64,000 nt of DNA. Source: an uncultured Alphaproteobacteria bacterium (lineage in GTDB: Bacteria; Pseudomonadota; Alphaproteobacteria; RF32; CAG-239). Below the pieces are notes generated by a model, which did not search any database, was not told where the DNA came from, and was given only the letters and a program-made list of their open reading frames with translations. Every line of letters begins with the position of its first letter. The first letter of the stretch is position 1. The stretch lies in NCBI GenBank assembly GCA_944391715.1, contig CALXUP010000005.1:4277-68276 (forward strand), in the 5' to 3' direction. Shown here piece after piece: positions 39,514 to 49,120 of the stretch. A program made the translations under genes and the position numbers.

Positions 39514-40836
39514 ATGTATGGTAATTTGGTGAAAAATACGATATGCGCCGGTTTGATTCTGGCTTTGGGCGCCTGCGGGCTTTTTTCTGACGAAAAAATC
39601 AAGCTGGAAGGAGAACGGCTTTCCGTTTTGAGCGGATCGGCAAAACTGCAGCCGGATTATCCGGAAGGCAAAGTCAAAATCAAACTGCCCGAACCCGTCA
39701 GAAATCCCCGCTGGTCGCAAGACGGCGGAAATTCCGAGCATATTATGGGACATCTGGCCGCCAGTTCCCGTCTGAAAAAATTCTGGGATGCCGGTTTCGG
39801 CGAAGGGAGTTCCAAGCGCGATATGCTGATTGCCAAACCGATTATTGCGCATCGCGTTGTCTTTGCCATTGATGCGGATGCCATTGTTACCGCCCGGCGG
39901 CTCGACAGCGGCGACCAAATTTGGAAAAAACGCCTGAAACCGCGTAATAAAGATGATAAGTCCAGTTCAATGAAAGGCGCAGGGCTGGCATATTTTGGCA
40001 AAAAGATTTATGCCACGACCGGGTTTGGCGGCGTTTTTGCCCTGGATATGCTGACCGGACGCGAACTCTGGCGTTATGACGCGGGAATGCCTATCCGTAT
40101 TGCGCCGACAGCCAATGCCGACAAATTGTTTGTTCAGACGATTGACAATACGCTCATTGCGCTCAATTCTATTTCCGGGGAAGAAGTCTGGAGATACAAA
40201 ACAAAAACGGAAGACACGACTCTGGTCGGCGGCGCGGCTCCGGCCTACAGTCCTTATCTGGATGTTGTGATTGCCGCATTCTCCAACGGTGAGCTCCGCG
40301 CTTTCAAGTCCAGTACGGGAACGCCGCTGTGGGCAGACAACCTTATCAGCCGCAAGCGCAATAACTCTTTGGCAAATATTGCCGCCATCAAAGCGGATCC
40401 GGTCATTGACAATGACAAGATTTTTGCTATCGGAAACAGTGATATTTTGGCGGCTATTGACCTGAAAACCGGTATGAGAATTTGGGAACGCGAAGTTTCC
40501 GGAACAAATCAGCCGTGGGTCGCCGGCCAATATTTATATGTCTTGAGCGATAACAATGAATTGCTGGCATTGAACAAAAATGACGGCAAAATCATTTGGA
40601 ATACGGAAATTCCCAATGTTAACGACAAACCGGGCGAATTTGCCGTCGGGCCGATTTTGGTTAACAACCGTCTGCTGGTTCCGACCTCGGACGGACACGT
40701 CTTTTCCATTTCGCCTTACAACGGCAAGCTGATTGGCTTTATTAACATTGACGAAGATATTGATATGGCTCCGATTGTTGCCGACGGTGTTGTTATCTTT
40801 ACGACAAACGAAGCCGAAATGCTGGCTTATAAATAA
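39514..40836 (+). CDS. bamB: Outer membrane protein assembly factor BamB (PQQ beta-propeller lipoprotein)
   Basis: Lipobox LALGAC; repeated PQQ/WD-like propeller blades; yfgM-bamB-der synteny. Confidence 0.8.
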   Translation: MYGNLVKNTICAGLILALGACGLFSDEKIKLEGERLSVLSGSAKLQPDYPEGKVKIKLPEPVRNPRWSQDGGNSEHIMGHLAASSRLKKFWDAGFGEGSSKRDMLIAKPIIAHRVVFAIDADAIVTARRLDSGDQIWKKRLKPRNKDDKSSSMKGAGLAYFGKKIYATTGFGGVFALDMLTGRELWRYDAGMPIRIAPTANADKLFVQTIDNTLIALNSISGEEVWRYKTKTEDTTLVGGAAPAYSPYLDVVIAAFSNGELRAFKSSTGTPLWADNLISRKRNNSLANIAAIKADPVIDNDKIFAIGNSDILAAIDLKTGMRIWEREVSGTNQPWVAGQYLYVLSDNNELLALNKNDGKIIWNTEIPNVNDKPGEFAVGPILVNNRLLVPTSDGHVFSISPYNGKLIGFINIDEDIDMAPIVADGVVIFTTNEAEMLAYK

Positions 40837-40851
40837 ATTAAGGAAGAAATA

Positions 40852-42231
40852 ATGGCATTGAAAGTCGCAATTATCGGTCGTCCGAATGTCGGAAAGTCAA
40901 CATTGTTTAATCGTCTTGTCGGCAGAAAGGTCGCTATTGTTCATGATCAGCCCGGCGTGACCCGTGACCGGAGAGAGGCTTCGGCAAAGCTTCGGGATTT
41001 GACACTGACCATCGTTGATACGGCCGGATATGAATATTCTACCGAAGATAATCTGGAAAAACGAATGTGGGAACAGACCAAACGGGCAATTGACGAATCT
41101 GACGTGACGTTGTTTTTATTTGATGCCCGCGCCGGACTGCAGCCTTATGACGAGCATTTTGCAGATATTCTGCGCCAGTCCGGAAAGCCGGTTATTCTTT
41201 TGGCCAACAAATGTGAAAGCAAAACTCAGGAAGACGGCATTTATGAAGCTTATAAACTCGGACTTGGCCAGCCTATCCCGTTTTCGGCAGAACACGGGCT
41301 GGGCATTAATGAGCTTTATGATGCTTTGAAAGAATTTGATAAAAAAAACGCCTCCGAACATTCGGAAACCGATGAGGAAGAACAAAACAGCGCAACCGAT
41401 GACGACGAGGGCAACCGTCCAATTCAGCTAGCGATTGTCGGCCGGCCGAATGTCGGAAAATCGACATTGGTTAATGCCCTGCTGAAGGATGAAAGAATGC
41501 TGACCGGGCCGGAAGCCGGCGTAACGCGCGATGCCATTACCAGCGAATGGTCCTGGGAAGGTCATAAAATTAATCTGGTCGATACGGCCGGGCTGCGCAA
41601 ACGGGCCAGAATCTCCGACTCATTGGAGAAAATGTCCGCCGCCAGCACAAAACATGCAGCCTTTATGGCGCAGGTTGTGGTTTTAGTTCTGGATGCGGAT
41701 GCCGTTTTGGAAAAGCAGGATCTGACAATTGCACGGCAAGTTATTGACGAGGGACGAGCCTTGGTCATTGCGGTCAACAAGTGGGATATTGCCAACCGTA
41801 AGGAGGCTTTGGAGCAATTAAATTATAAACTTGAAACTTCGCTGACTCAGGTTGAAGGCGTGCCGACAGTTACGATTTCGGCGTTAAAAAGAGAAAATCT
41901 TGACAAGCTGATGCGGGCGGTTATCAAAGTTTATAACCGGTGGTGCAGCCGTATTCCGACGGCGCCGTTAAACCAGTGGTTTGCCGATATGATAGACAAT
42001 TATCCGCCGCCTCTGGGCAAAAATAAGCGTCGGATTAAGCTGCGTTACATTACGCAGGCTAAAACGCGTCCGCCGTCATTTTATATTTTTTCCAGCAATC
42101 CGGAAGGACTGCCTGAGTCTTATTTGCGTTATCTGACCAACAGTCTGCGCGAGAATTTTGATTTGCGTGGCATTCCGCTCAGAATTACGGTACGAAAAAC
42201 CGGCAACCCTTATGCAGACAAAAAAAATTAA
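40852..42231 (+). CDS. der: Ribosome biogenesis GTPase Der (EngA), double G-domain
   Basis: Two GTPase domains (GRPNVGKST twice, DTAG twice) plus a KH-like C-terminus. Confidence 0.9.
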   Translation: MALKVAIIGRPNVGKSTLFNRLVGRKVAIVHDQPGVTRDRREASAKLRDLTLTIVDTAGYEYSTEDNLEKRMWEQTKRAIDESDVTLFLFDARAGLQPYDEHFADILRQSGKPVILLANKCESKTQEDGIYEAYKLGLGQPIPFSAEHGLGINELYDALKEFDKKNASEHSETDEEEQNSATDDDEGNRPIQLAIVGRPNVGKSTLVNALLKDERMLTGPEAGVTRDAITSEWSWEGHKINLVDTAGLRKRARISDSLEKMSAASTKHAAFMAQVVVLVLDADAVLEKQDLTIARQVIDEGRALVIAVNKWDIANRKEALEQLNYKLETSLTQVEGVPTVTISALKRENLDKLMRAVIKVYNRWCSRIPTAPLNQWFADMIDNYPPPLGKNKRRIKLRYITQAKTRPPSFYIFSSNPEGLPESYLRYLTNSLRENFDLRGIPLRITVRKTGNPYADKKN

Positions 42232-42368
42232 GGTTAAAGCCATATTTTCCCGCTTTTGAAAAGAGCGGGATTTTTTTGGGCACAAACATCTGGACAAAAA
42301 TTGAAAAATATATTATAAGAGCGGTTGAGAATTTATTATTGTTTTTATAATTAAAACCCCAAAAATTT

Positions 42369-42698
42369 ATGAACTGGATAATTATTTTAGGATGTTTGCT
42401 TTTTTGTTTGTGGCAAAGAAACCATTATCGCCAGAAGATTGACAAGCTGTCCCAACGTCTTAAGTATTACAATGACAAGCTTGATTTTGAAGAAGTTGAA
42501 AAAAACAAGCTCATAACACACCTGTTAGATTTGACGGACGGGCTTAATCCCCAACGGGATTGGTGGTTGGATGACGTTCCATCATCTTTTATCCGGAGAT
42601 GGATACGGGATCTGAAGGCTTCTTCGACACCGCCACTCCATGTTATTGCTTATCTGGAACGGGAGCTCCAAAAAAGGAAACTGAACATAACCATCTGA
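42369..42698 (+). CDS. Small hypothetical protein with an N-terminal TM helix and a coiled-coil
   Basis: Flanked by the der terminator and the shared terminator at 42745-42780. Confidence 0.35.
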   Translation: MNWIIILGCLLFCLWQRNHYRQKIDKLSQRLKYYNDKLDFEEVEKNKLITHLLDLTDGLNPQRDWWLDDVPSSFIRRWIRDLKASSTPPLHVIAYLERELQKRKLNITI

Positions 42699-42780
42699 CG
42701 AGCAGAATTTTCCGGACAATCGGAGAAATTCTGTGAAGAATCTGAATAAAAAAATTCCCGGAGAAACCCGGGAATTTTTT

Positions 42781-43575
42781 TTATTTATTTTGATTTTTAT
42801 TATATTCTCTTTTTTCTTTCAAAAAGATTATTATTCCCAGCGGGATTGTCAGGGCATAAACCAGCGTTGCCACACCCAGCGTAAACCACGGCTGCGTAAT
42901 CACGGAACTGGCAAACCAGACAACAACCAGCATCAGAGGAATAAACATCCATACCGGCACTTTCATATGTTTGGTCGAAACCGTCGGTATCCGACTGACC
43001 ATCAGCAGCGTTACGATACAAAGCAGCGTTGCGCAAAAAGCATGAGACCGGACGATGTAGCTGTATTCCGGAAAGTCAAAAGAAACCAATACCGGCATAA
43101 TTGCCAAAGCTGCAGCTGCCGGAGCAGGAACGCCGACAAAGAAATGCAGCCAATATTCCGGCTGGGGCTGGTCTTCCAGCATTGTGTTAAAACGAGCCAG
43201 ACGCATGGCCATACCGATTGACATCAGCAGGCAAAAAAACCAACCGAATTTCGGCAGATCAAACAACGACCATTGATAAAGCAAAATTGCCGGTGCTACG
43301 CCGAAACTTACAAAATCGGAAAGAGAATCGAGTTCGGCACCAAATTTGGTCGAGCCTTTTAACATACGGGCAACCCGGCCGTCAAACCAATCGAACAACG
43401 CCGCAATGAAGATGCACATAACAGCCTTCGTCCAATCGGCCTGGATAGAATAGCGGATAGAGGTTACCCCGGCACAAAGAGCCAGCATTGTTACGATATT
43501 CGGCGCAATTTTACGAAACGGCAATGCTCTCAATTTGTGCGGCGCCATTTTAAGTTTGCGGTTTATCTTTTCCAT
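42781..43575 (-). CDS. pssA: CDP-diacylglycerol--serine O-phosphatidyltransferase (CDP-alcohol phosphatidyltransferase family)
   Basis: CDP-OH-P motif D.SD..DG..AR....S..G...DSL.D; multi-TM. Confidence 0.8.
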   Translation of the reverse strand: MEKINRKLKMAPHKLRALPFRKIAPNIVTMLALCAGVTSIRYSIQADWTKAVMCIFIAALFDWFDGRVARMLKGSTKFGAELDSLSDFVSFGVAPAILLYQWSLFDLPKFGWFFCLLMSIGMAMRLARFNTMLEDQPQPEYWLHFFVGVPAPAAAALAIMPVLVSFDFPEYSYIVRSHAFCATLLCIVTLLMVSRIPTVSTKHMKVPVWMFIPLMLVVVWFASSVITQPWFTLGVATLVYALTIPLGIIIFLKEKREYNKNQNK

Positions 43576-44282
43576 CAGCGGGTTACTCCTTTCATTTCGG
43601 GAGCATCGCTCTTCAGATTAGCCAAAACGGTTTCTCCGGCAATCATTGTCTGGCCGAGACAAACCTGAGGCTCAACGCCTTCCGGCAGGTAAACATCAAG
43701 ACGGGAGCCAAAACGGATGAGGCCGAATCTTTCTCCGGCGCGGTATTCCTGTCCTTCTTTGGCTTCGCATAAAATCCGGCGGGCAACAAGTCCGGCAATT
43801 TGCACAAAAGCAATTTCTTTGCCGGAAGACGTTTTCATTGACAACAGCTGGCGTTCATTGTCCTTGCTGGCTTTATCCAAGGTAGCATTCAAAAATTTGC
43901 CGGGGACATATACTGATTTTAAAATTTTGCCGGTTGCCGGCGCGCGATTGACATGAACATTAAATACGCTCATAAAAATGCTGATCCGGGTAAAGGACTT
44001 ATCCCCCATTTCCAACTCTTTCGGCGCTTTAACTTTGGCTATCATCTGAACCGTTCCATCCGCAGGAGAAACGACGACGTCAGGCATATCCGGCGTAATC
44101 CGCTCAGGATCGCGGAAAAAATAGTAGCACCAAACAGTAAGTATAAGACCAAGCCAGCCCAACGGCTGCCACAAAACCGCCAGCATTGCGGTAACCGCCG
44201 CAAAGATACCGACGAAACGCCATCCCTCGTTATTGATATTCGGAAAGATATAACGGCGCCATGAAATATCAATTGTTTTCAT
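43575..44282 (-). CDS. psd: Phosphatidylserine decarboxylase proenzyme (small type)
   Basis: 235 aa; pyruvoyl-forming FGSR motif near the C-terminus; overlaps pssA start (psd-pssA operon). Confidence 0.8.
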   Translation of the reverse strand: MKTIDISWRRYIFPNINNEGWRFVGIFAAVTAMLAVLWQPLGWLGLILTVWCYYFFRDPERITPDMPDVVVSPADGTVQMIAKVKAPKELEMGDKSFTRISIFMSVFNVHVNRAPATGKILKSVYVPGKFLNATLDKASKDNERQLLSMKTSSGKEIAFVQIAGLVARRILCEAKEGQEYRAGERFGLIRFGSRLDVYLPEGVEPQVCLGQTMIAGETVLANLKSDAPEMKGVTR

Positions 44283-44492
44283 CCGTAAAATTCCTTATAA
44301 ATCCCTTTTTCTGCCGGGACGCTGTCTCCTGCCGCAGAAAAAGGGTGATGATTTGTTAACGCTTTTCAGTTTAAGCATATTTGGTGCAATGCACAAGCAA
44401 AAGATTGGAGTTAATCAGCACCTTTTTGCTTTGTTTTTGATTTTTGGACTTGCATTTGTCTGAATTTGTATGTATAAATTTTTTCAGATTAT

Positions 44493-44579
44493 GCGCTTGT
44501 GGCGGAATTGGTAGACGCTGCAGACTTAAAATCTGTTGGCCGCAAGGCCGTGCCGGTTCAAGTCCGGCCTAGCGCACCA
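44493..44579 (+). tRNA. tRNA-Leu (anticodon UAA), CCA encoded
   Basis: GCGCTTGTGGCGGAATTGGTAGACGC...anticodon loop CTTAAAA...long variable arm...GGTTCAAGTCCGGCCTAGCGCACCA. Confidence 0.9.
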
Positions 44580-44585
44580 TTTATA

Positions 44586-44620
44586 AGAGCTCTCTTGTTT
44601 TTTAAGAGAGTTTTTGTGTT
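44586..44620 (+). terminator. Terminator after tRNA-Leu
   Basis: ctctctt gtttttt aagagag followed by tttttgtgtttt. Confidence 0.55.
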
Positions 44621-44701
44621 TTAAAAAGCCCCGGTGAAAACCGAGGCTTGTTGTATTTGGTATTTTACTTGCCGTTACCCGGACAGGCTTTCTGCCGCCG
44701 G

Positions 44702-44947
44702 TTATCTGGCATACATCCGCATTAAGGTCTGCATGGTTTCCGCACTTAAAGCACTGCGAAAAGTCGGAAAATGTCTCGGTTCTTTTGAGGTTTCCCGGCT
44801 CGAAGCGGCTGCCGCTCCGGCGTTTTCCGTATGGTTTTCGTTAGCGGCGGTCTCTTCCGAAAAATTTTCAGGAGTCCGTTTCAGACCGGCTGATTGTATC
44901 TGAACCGAATTATTTTTTGAAGAAACCGACGCTATATCCAAACTCAT
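44702..44947 (-). CDS. Small hypothetical protein, 81 aa
   Basis: RBS aaagggga 6 nt upstream of the ATG; hairpin with T-run downstream on the minus strand. Confidence 0.35.
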   Translation of the reverse strand: MSLDIASVSSKNNSVQIQSAGLKRTPENFSEETAANENHTENAGAAAASSRETSKEPRHFPTFRSALSAETMQTLMRMYAR

Positions 44948-45214
44948 TTTTTCCCCTTTTGTTTTAAGCTTATTTTGAGCGCAAAAAAGTTTAGCAGTTT
45001 TATCTGCTTTTTGTCTCGCAATTCCCCTGGATTATTCTCCGCCCGGTGAGCGCCATTCTGGCGATGCCCCAGAGATTCTGAGGTCTGGGCTGTTTTAATG
45101 CGGTTTGCATAAACTAAAAAGAATTGGTTAAAAATGCCTTAACATTTTGATAAAAAAATGCTGCTGCCGGCAAAGGCTTTGATATTATATCAAATTATTT
45201 TTATCTATATATAT

Positions 45215-45325
45215 TTATGTCGTACCATCATACCGCAAACCGGCAGTTTTCTGCTGTTTTCAGAACTTTGGCGACAGGGGTGGAAAAGAATCCCGACGGG
45301 GATTCGGAAAAATTTTATTTTTTGT
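45215..45325 (+). ncRNA. Candidate small RNA ending in an intrinsic terminator
   Basis: gaatccc gacg gggattc hairpin followed by ggaaaaattttatttttt; possible -35/-10 near 45178-45212; no long ORF. Confidence 0.2.
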
Positions 45326-45389
45326 TTGCATGGGCGGAAAATTTAGAATAAACCTATAGCATTATTAACTGTTATCAGAGGATTTTCCT

Positions 45390-46163
45390 ATGACAAAAAT
45401 TACTTGGAAACCCGGAACAATTCTGGCTCCGGTGCCACCGGCGCTGATTTCGTCCGGAACAACAGACAAACCGAACGTTATGACGGCTGCCTGGACCGGT
45501 ATTATCGCGTCAGAACCGGCCATGACTTATGTTTCTATCCGGCCGTCCCGTTATTCGCACGAGATTATCAGCCGGACAAAAGAATTTGTCATCAATCTGC
45601 CGACACTTGCCCTGGCGGCTGCTACTGATTTTTGCGGCGTTAAATCCGGGCGCAGCGTAGACAAGTTTAAAGAGATGAAACTTACGCCCCTGCCATGCTC
45701 GCAGATTCAGGCTCCGCAAATTGCAGAATCGCCGGTTTCTTTGGAATGTAAGGTAAAAGACATTCAACATTACGGAACGCATGATATGTTTGTGGCAGAG
45801 ATTGTCGCCGTTAACATTGACGACCAATATCTTGATGAAGACGGCAGGTTGGCTTTGGAAAAGGCCGGACTTCTGGCTTATGCCCACGGTCATTATTATA
45901 CCTTGGGACGGCAGCTCGGAAAGTTTGGCTTTTCGGTTGAAAAAAGCCGCCTGAAAATGATGCAGAAAATGGCCGAGATAAAAGTTGAGGTTAAAGAAAG
46001 CAAAAAAGGCGCTTTGAAGAAAGACGAAAAAGTTATGCAGAAAGCAGCCCGCAAATTTAGCGGAAAGTCGAAATTCGAGCGCAGCCGTCCGCATACGCCA
46101 GAACTGAAACCAAAGAAAAAATACGGCAATGGCCGAGGTTTCAAAAAGAAAAGCCGTGATTAA
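45390..46163 (+). CDS. Flavin reductase-like (FMN-binding split-barrel) protein with an 85-aa Lys-rich C-terminal tail
   Basis: N-terminal 170 aa match the flavin reductase-like domain; C-terminal KSRLKMMQKMAEIKVEVKESKKGALKKDEK...KKKSRD. Confidence 0.6.
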   Translation: MTKITWKPGTILAPVPPALISSGTTDKPNVMTAAWTGIIASEPAMTYVSIRPSRYSHEIISRTKEFVINLPTLALAAATDFCGVKSGRSVDKFKEMKLTPLPCSQIQAPQIAESPVSLECKVKDIQHYGTHDMFVAEIVAVNIDDQYLDEDGRLALEKAGLLAYAHGHYYTLGRQLGKFGFSVEKSRLKMMQKMAEIKVEVKESKKGALKKDEKVMQKAARKFSGKSKFERSRPHTPELKPKKKYGNGRGFKKKSRD

Positions 46164-46212
46164 ACAAAAAGCTTCGTCCTTAACGGGCGAAGCTTTTATT
46201 TTTTTTCAGAAA

Positions 46213-46755
46213 CTACTCAAGATTTTTTAACTTTTGGCGAATTTCCATCAGAATATTTCCAATGTTGTTTTCGCCGACATAAGAGCCGTCTACTTTGCAG
46301 ACGCCCCAATAAATGTCGCCTGAGGTATTAAGCTTTACAATCTCCCGGTCGCCGGTCGCCAGAAGTTTTTGCCCCAAGTCTTTGTTGCCGTAAAACTTTT
46401 GCCAAAGCAGATCATACATAATCTTGTATTTCACGTTCTTCCAATCCGGCGTTGTAGCGTGTGTTACATACTTTTTGGCTTCTTCCGGTCTCATTCTTGA
46501 AATTTTTCGTTGAATGGCGGGGTCTGCGATTTTTGCGGCCTGATAAGCAGTTTCGACATTGTCAAAAGGAATACCGTTCAATTGAATCACAATTTTTTCA
46601 GGATATGCATTGCTTAAGAAATGATATTCTTCAACATAAAAGTTTACAATCGCTTCCTGTTCACTGGTCTTAAATTGAAATCTTTGTGTTTTCATTTTGA
46701 TAAAATTTAAAATTATACGAATAAAAATTTTGTTTATTCTCGTTATAAACACCAC
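46213..46755 (-). CDS. NADAR (YbiA-like) domain protein
   Basis: GIPFDNVETAYQAAK...W...K...M..LL..KF pattern typical of YbiA/NADAR. Confidence 0.6.
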   Translation of the reverse strand: MVFITRINKIFIRIILNFIKMKTQRFQFKTSEQEAIVNFYVEEYHFLSNAYPEKIVIQLNGIPFDNVETAYQAAKIADPAIQRKISRMRPEEAKKYVTHATTPDWKNVKYKIMYDLLWQKFYGNKDLGQKLLATGDREIVKLNTSGDIYWGVCKVDGSYVGENNIGNILMEIRQKLKNLE

Positions 46756-46830
46756 GGCGGCTTAATTGTCAAGCAAAATTCAATCTCATCTTAAAAAAGG
46801 AACCCCTCGAAAAAACGAGGGGTTACCTGA

Positions 46831-48039
46831 TTATTGGGACCGGTTTTGCCAATATTGCAGCTCTTTTTGCATATTATGCCGGGCTGTTTCTTCCAACATT
46901 TCCTTAAAGAACGGAAGGTGAAAGATTTCCGCCTCCAAACAATTTTGCAAAAAAGATTTCCGGCCGGAAGCAAAAGCTTTTTCATTAAGTGCGGGATATT
47001 CATTCCGAATACCGAGGCAATATCTGCCGTAATTGAGTTCATCGCCCAAGATTGCCATATCAATATCGTTTATCAGTTTTTCGGGTACTGTCTCTCTTGA
47101 CATTTTCGGAGGGTGCACCGTAGCACGAATCAGTTTGGCTACGAGGTCTTTCTTCTGGTTGATATACAGTCTGCCGATGATTTTTGCGATTGATTTCTCC
47201 TCCGCATTATCCTCTCCCCAAACATAATCATGATAAAACCAGGCAAAAAGGAACGGCTCTTTCGGAATATTTTTATGCTCGCCGGATAAGCGGCAGAAAA
47301 TATTAAAAAGATTTATTCCATAGGCCAGGTGGCTCAGATTATGCCAGGGACGGTTTTCATAGGCTGCGCACAAGTCATTCCAGGCATTTTCCGGTTGACC
47401 GTCAAAGTAGCCGGGAACAGTTTCGTGATAAGCCTCGATAAACGTTTTTTTCAGGCATTTCTTCATCATGGCATTATGCACCCTCGGGGCAACATATGGC
47501 ATGGCGGCAATATATTCTTCCAACTTACAGAGGTTTCTGAAAGCAGAGGAAGAAATATAGGTCAGATTTTCCTGCGGAACAGGAATCAAATCCATCACCA
47601 ATGAACGACGGCGGACGGCCAGAAGTTGTTTGTTGATGATTGACTGATACATTTCATCGGCATCGTCTCCGACGATCCGTTTTCCCCGAATCAGCGCTGT
47701 TGCCCCATAATATAATGCGGCATCAACGGTCAGGCAATCATAAGAAACAATATCAAGGCATCCGGGATCTGCTTCCAGGCGGGCCAGAGCTTTTTCTTCC
47801 GATACAGAAAAAGCGTATCCGCAAAAACGGCGGTGCTGCCAAAGATTCAAAAAATCCTGCAGGCTCTGTCGTACCAGTTCTTTTCGGTCTTTTATCCCAA
47901 ACAGATGTTTTTTCTTGTCAGGATTTTCGCCGATACCGACAATCACTTTGTCATAAGAACACAAGGCTTCGCAAACAATTCGGAAATGTCCGACGGTAAA
48001 AGGATCAAAAGATCCGGCATAAAAAGCTATCTTTTCCAT
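46831..48039 (-). CDS. coaD: Phosphopantetheine adenylyltransferase (CoaD) domain fused to a C-terminal HD-type phosphohydrolase-like domain
   Basis: N-terminus AFYAGSFDPFTVGHFRIV...DKVIVGIGENPDKK...ALIRG...YISSS aligns to PPAT; C-terminal half carries WHNLSH...FYHDYVW...DIDMAIL (H..H, HD, D). Confidence 0.65.
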   Translation of the reverse strand: MEKIAFYAGSFDPFTVGHFRIVCEALCSYDKVIVGIGENPDKKKHLFGIKDRKELVRQSLQDFLNLWQHRRFCGYAFSVSEEKALARLEADPGCLDIVSYDCLTVDAALYYGATALIRGKRIVGDDADEMYQSIINKQLLAVRRRSLVMDLIPVPQENLTYISSSAFRNLCKLEEYIAAMPYVAPRVHNAMMKKCLKKTFIEAYHETVPGYFDGQPENAWNDLCAAYENRPWHNLSHLAYGINLFNIFCRLSGEHKNIPKEPFLFAWFYHDYVWGEDNAEEKSIAKIIGRLYINQKKDLVAKLIRATVHPPKMSRETVPEKLINDIDMAILGDELNYGRYCLGIRNEYPALNEKAFASGRKSFLQNCLEAEIFHLPFFKEMLEETARHNMQKELQYWQNRSQ

Positions 48040-48109
48040 ACAAAAAATAATTTAATTAATAATTCTTTTAAGAAACTCGTATTTTATGCCGGGATTTTAT
48101 TATGTCAAG

Positions 48110-48811
48110 CTATTTACGCAAATCAAAATCAGAAAAACTTTGCTGCAAATATGCCGTCAGTTCGGGATTATTGAAAAACTGCTCGCATTGCCAGTCCTGC
48201 GTTACGGTATCCGACGGCACCGGGCGGTATTTTTGCAAATGGTAGCTTTTGACACCGCGCTTTTTGAGTTCTTCGGCAATGGCATAGATATCTTCTATGT
48301 TCAAAATGCGGGGATCGCAGGTGGTGCGGCATTCAAAGGCGATTCCGCTGTCCAAAAGCAGCTGCAGGCTTTCCTGCGCTTTGGCGAGATGGTTGGCTCC
48401 GCCGACGGCTTTTTGATATTTTTCTTCAACAAAAGGCGCTTTGATATCAAAGCCGACCCAATCCAGCAGAGGCAGAATTTTTTTCAGATGTTCCGGACGG
48501 TAACCGCCGGTATGCAAACCGATTTTATATCCCAGAGCTTTAACTTCTTTAATTTTTTCTTCCAGCGAATCCTGCACCAGCGGTTCTCCGCCGCTAAAAA
48601 CGACGGCATCCAGAGCCTTTGTCCGTTTTTGCAAAAACTCAAAAATCACTTTCCAGTCATGATTCCCGTTCTGCCCGATTTTTTGCAGTTCGGTATTATA
48701 GCAAAACGGACAGCGCCAAGGACACCCCTGCAGAAAAATAACCGCAGCGACCTGTCCGGGATAATCAACCAGGCTGAAACGTTCAATGCCGCCGATATTT
48801 ATATTTTCCAT
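48110..48811 (-). CDS. nrdG: Anaerobic ribonucleotide reductase activating protein (radical SAM)
   Basis: CPWRCPFCYN radical-SAM motif; immediately downstream of nrdD. Confidence 0.8.
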   Translation of the reverse strand: MENINIGGIERFSLVDYPGQVAAVIFLQGCPWRCPFCYNTELQKIGQNGNHDWKVIFEFLQKRTKALDAVVFSGGEPLVQDSLEEKIKEVKALGYKIGLHTGGYRPEHLKKILPLLDWVGFDIKAPFVEEKYQKAVGGANHLAKAQESLQLLLDSGIAFECRTTCDPRILNIEDIYAIAEELKKRGVKSYHLQKYRPVPSDTVTQDWQCEQFFNNPELTAYLQQSFSDFDLRK

Positions 48812-48891
48812 GTCTTACCTCTTATAAAAATCCCCGGTATGATGAAAGATTATCCTACCGGGGATTGTTTTTTTGACAAAGCTTTTAAGAA

Positions 48892-49089
48892 TTACTCAGC
48901 TGCAACATCCATTGCATCAAATTTTACGGCTTTGCTTTCGCAGAAGCATACACGGGAGTAAAACTCAGATTTTTTGCCCTTATTGAACTCGGAAACCGGA
49001 CGGTGATAACCCATTACTCTGGTCCAGATTTCGCAGGGTTGTCTTTCTTCATCGCTTAATTTTACATCTTCAAAATTAACAGTATTCAT
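48892..49089 (-). CDS. Stand-alone glycyl-radical domain protein, corresponding to the NrdD C-terminus
   Basis: MNTVNFEDVKLSDEERQPCEIWTRVMGYHRPVSEFNKGKKSEFYSRV... carries the RVxGY glycyl-radical fingerprint; GGAG RBS 7 nt upstream of the ATG at 49089; nrdD stops 32 nt upstream. Confidence 0.6.
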   Translation of the reverse strand: MNTVNFEDVKLSDEERQPCEIWTRVMGYHRPVSEFNKGKKSEFYSRVCFCESKAVKFDAMDVAAE

Positions 49090-49120
49090 TTCTTTCTCCA
49101 TTTGTTGATTGAATTTTACT

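Noticed and set aside
38757-39602. 281-aa minus-strand ORF spanning yfgM-like/bamB
   Set aside because: The plus-strand genes have coherent TM+TPR and lipobox+propeller features and conserved synteny with der; the minus frame is Cys/His/Phe-rich noise.
45158-45346. 62-aa ORF in the tRNA-Leu/flavin-reductase intergenic region
   Set aside because: No RBS, low-complexity Ile/Leu/Phe-rich product, and it overlaps the predicted terminator hairpin. The region is more plausibly an sRNA or UTR.
48086-48961. 291-aa plus-strand ORF over nrdG
   Set aside because: Antisense to a radical-SAM activase that has an intact CxxxCxxC motif.
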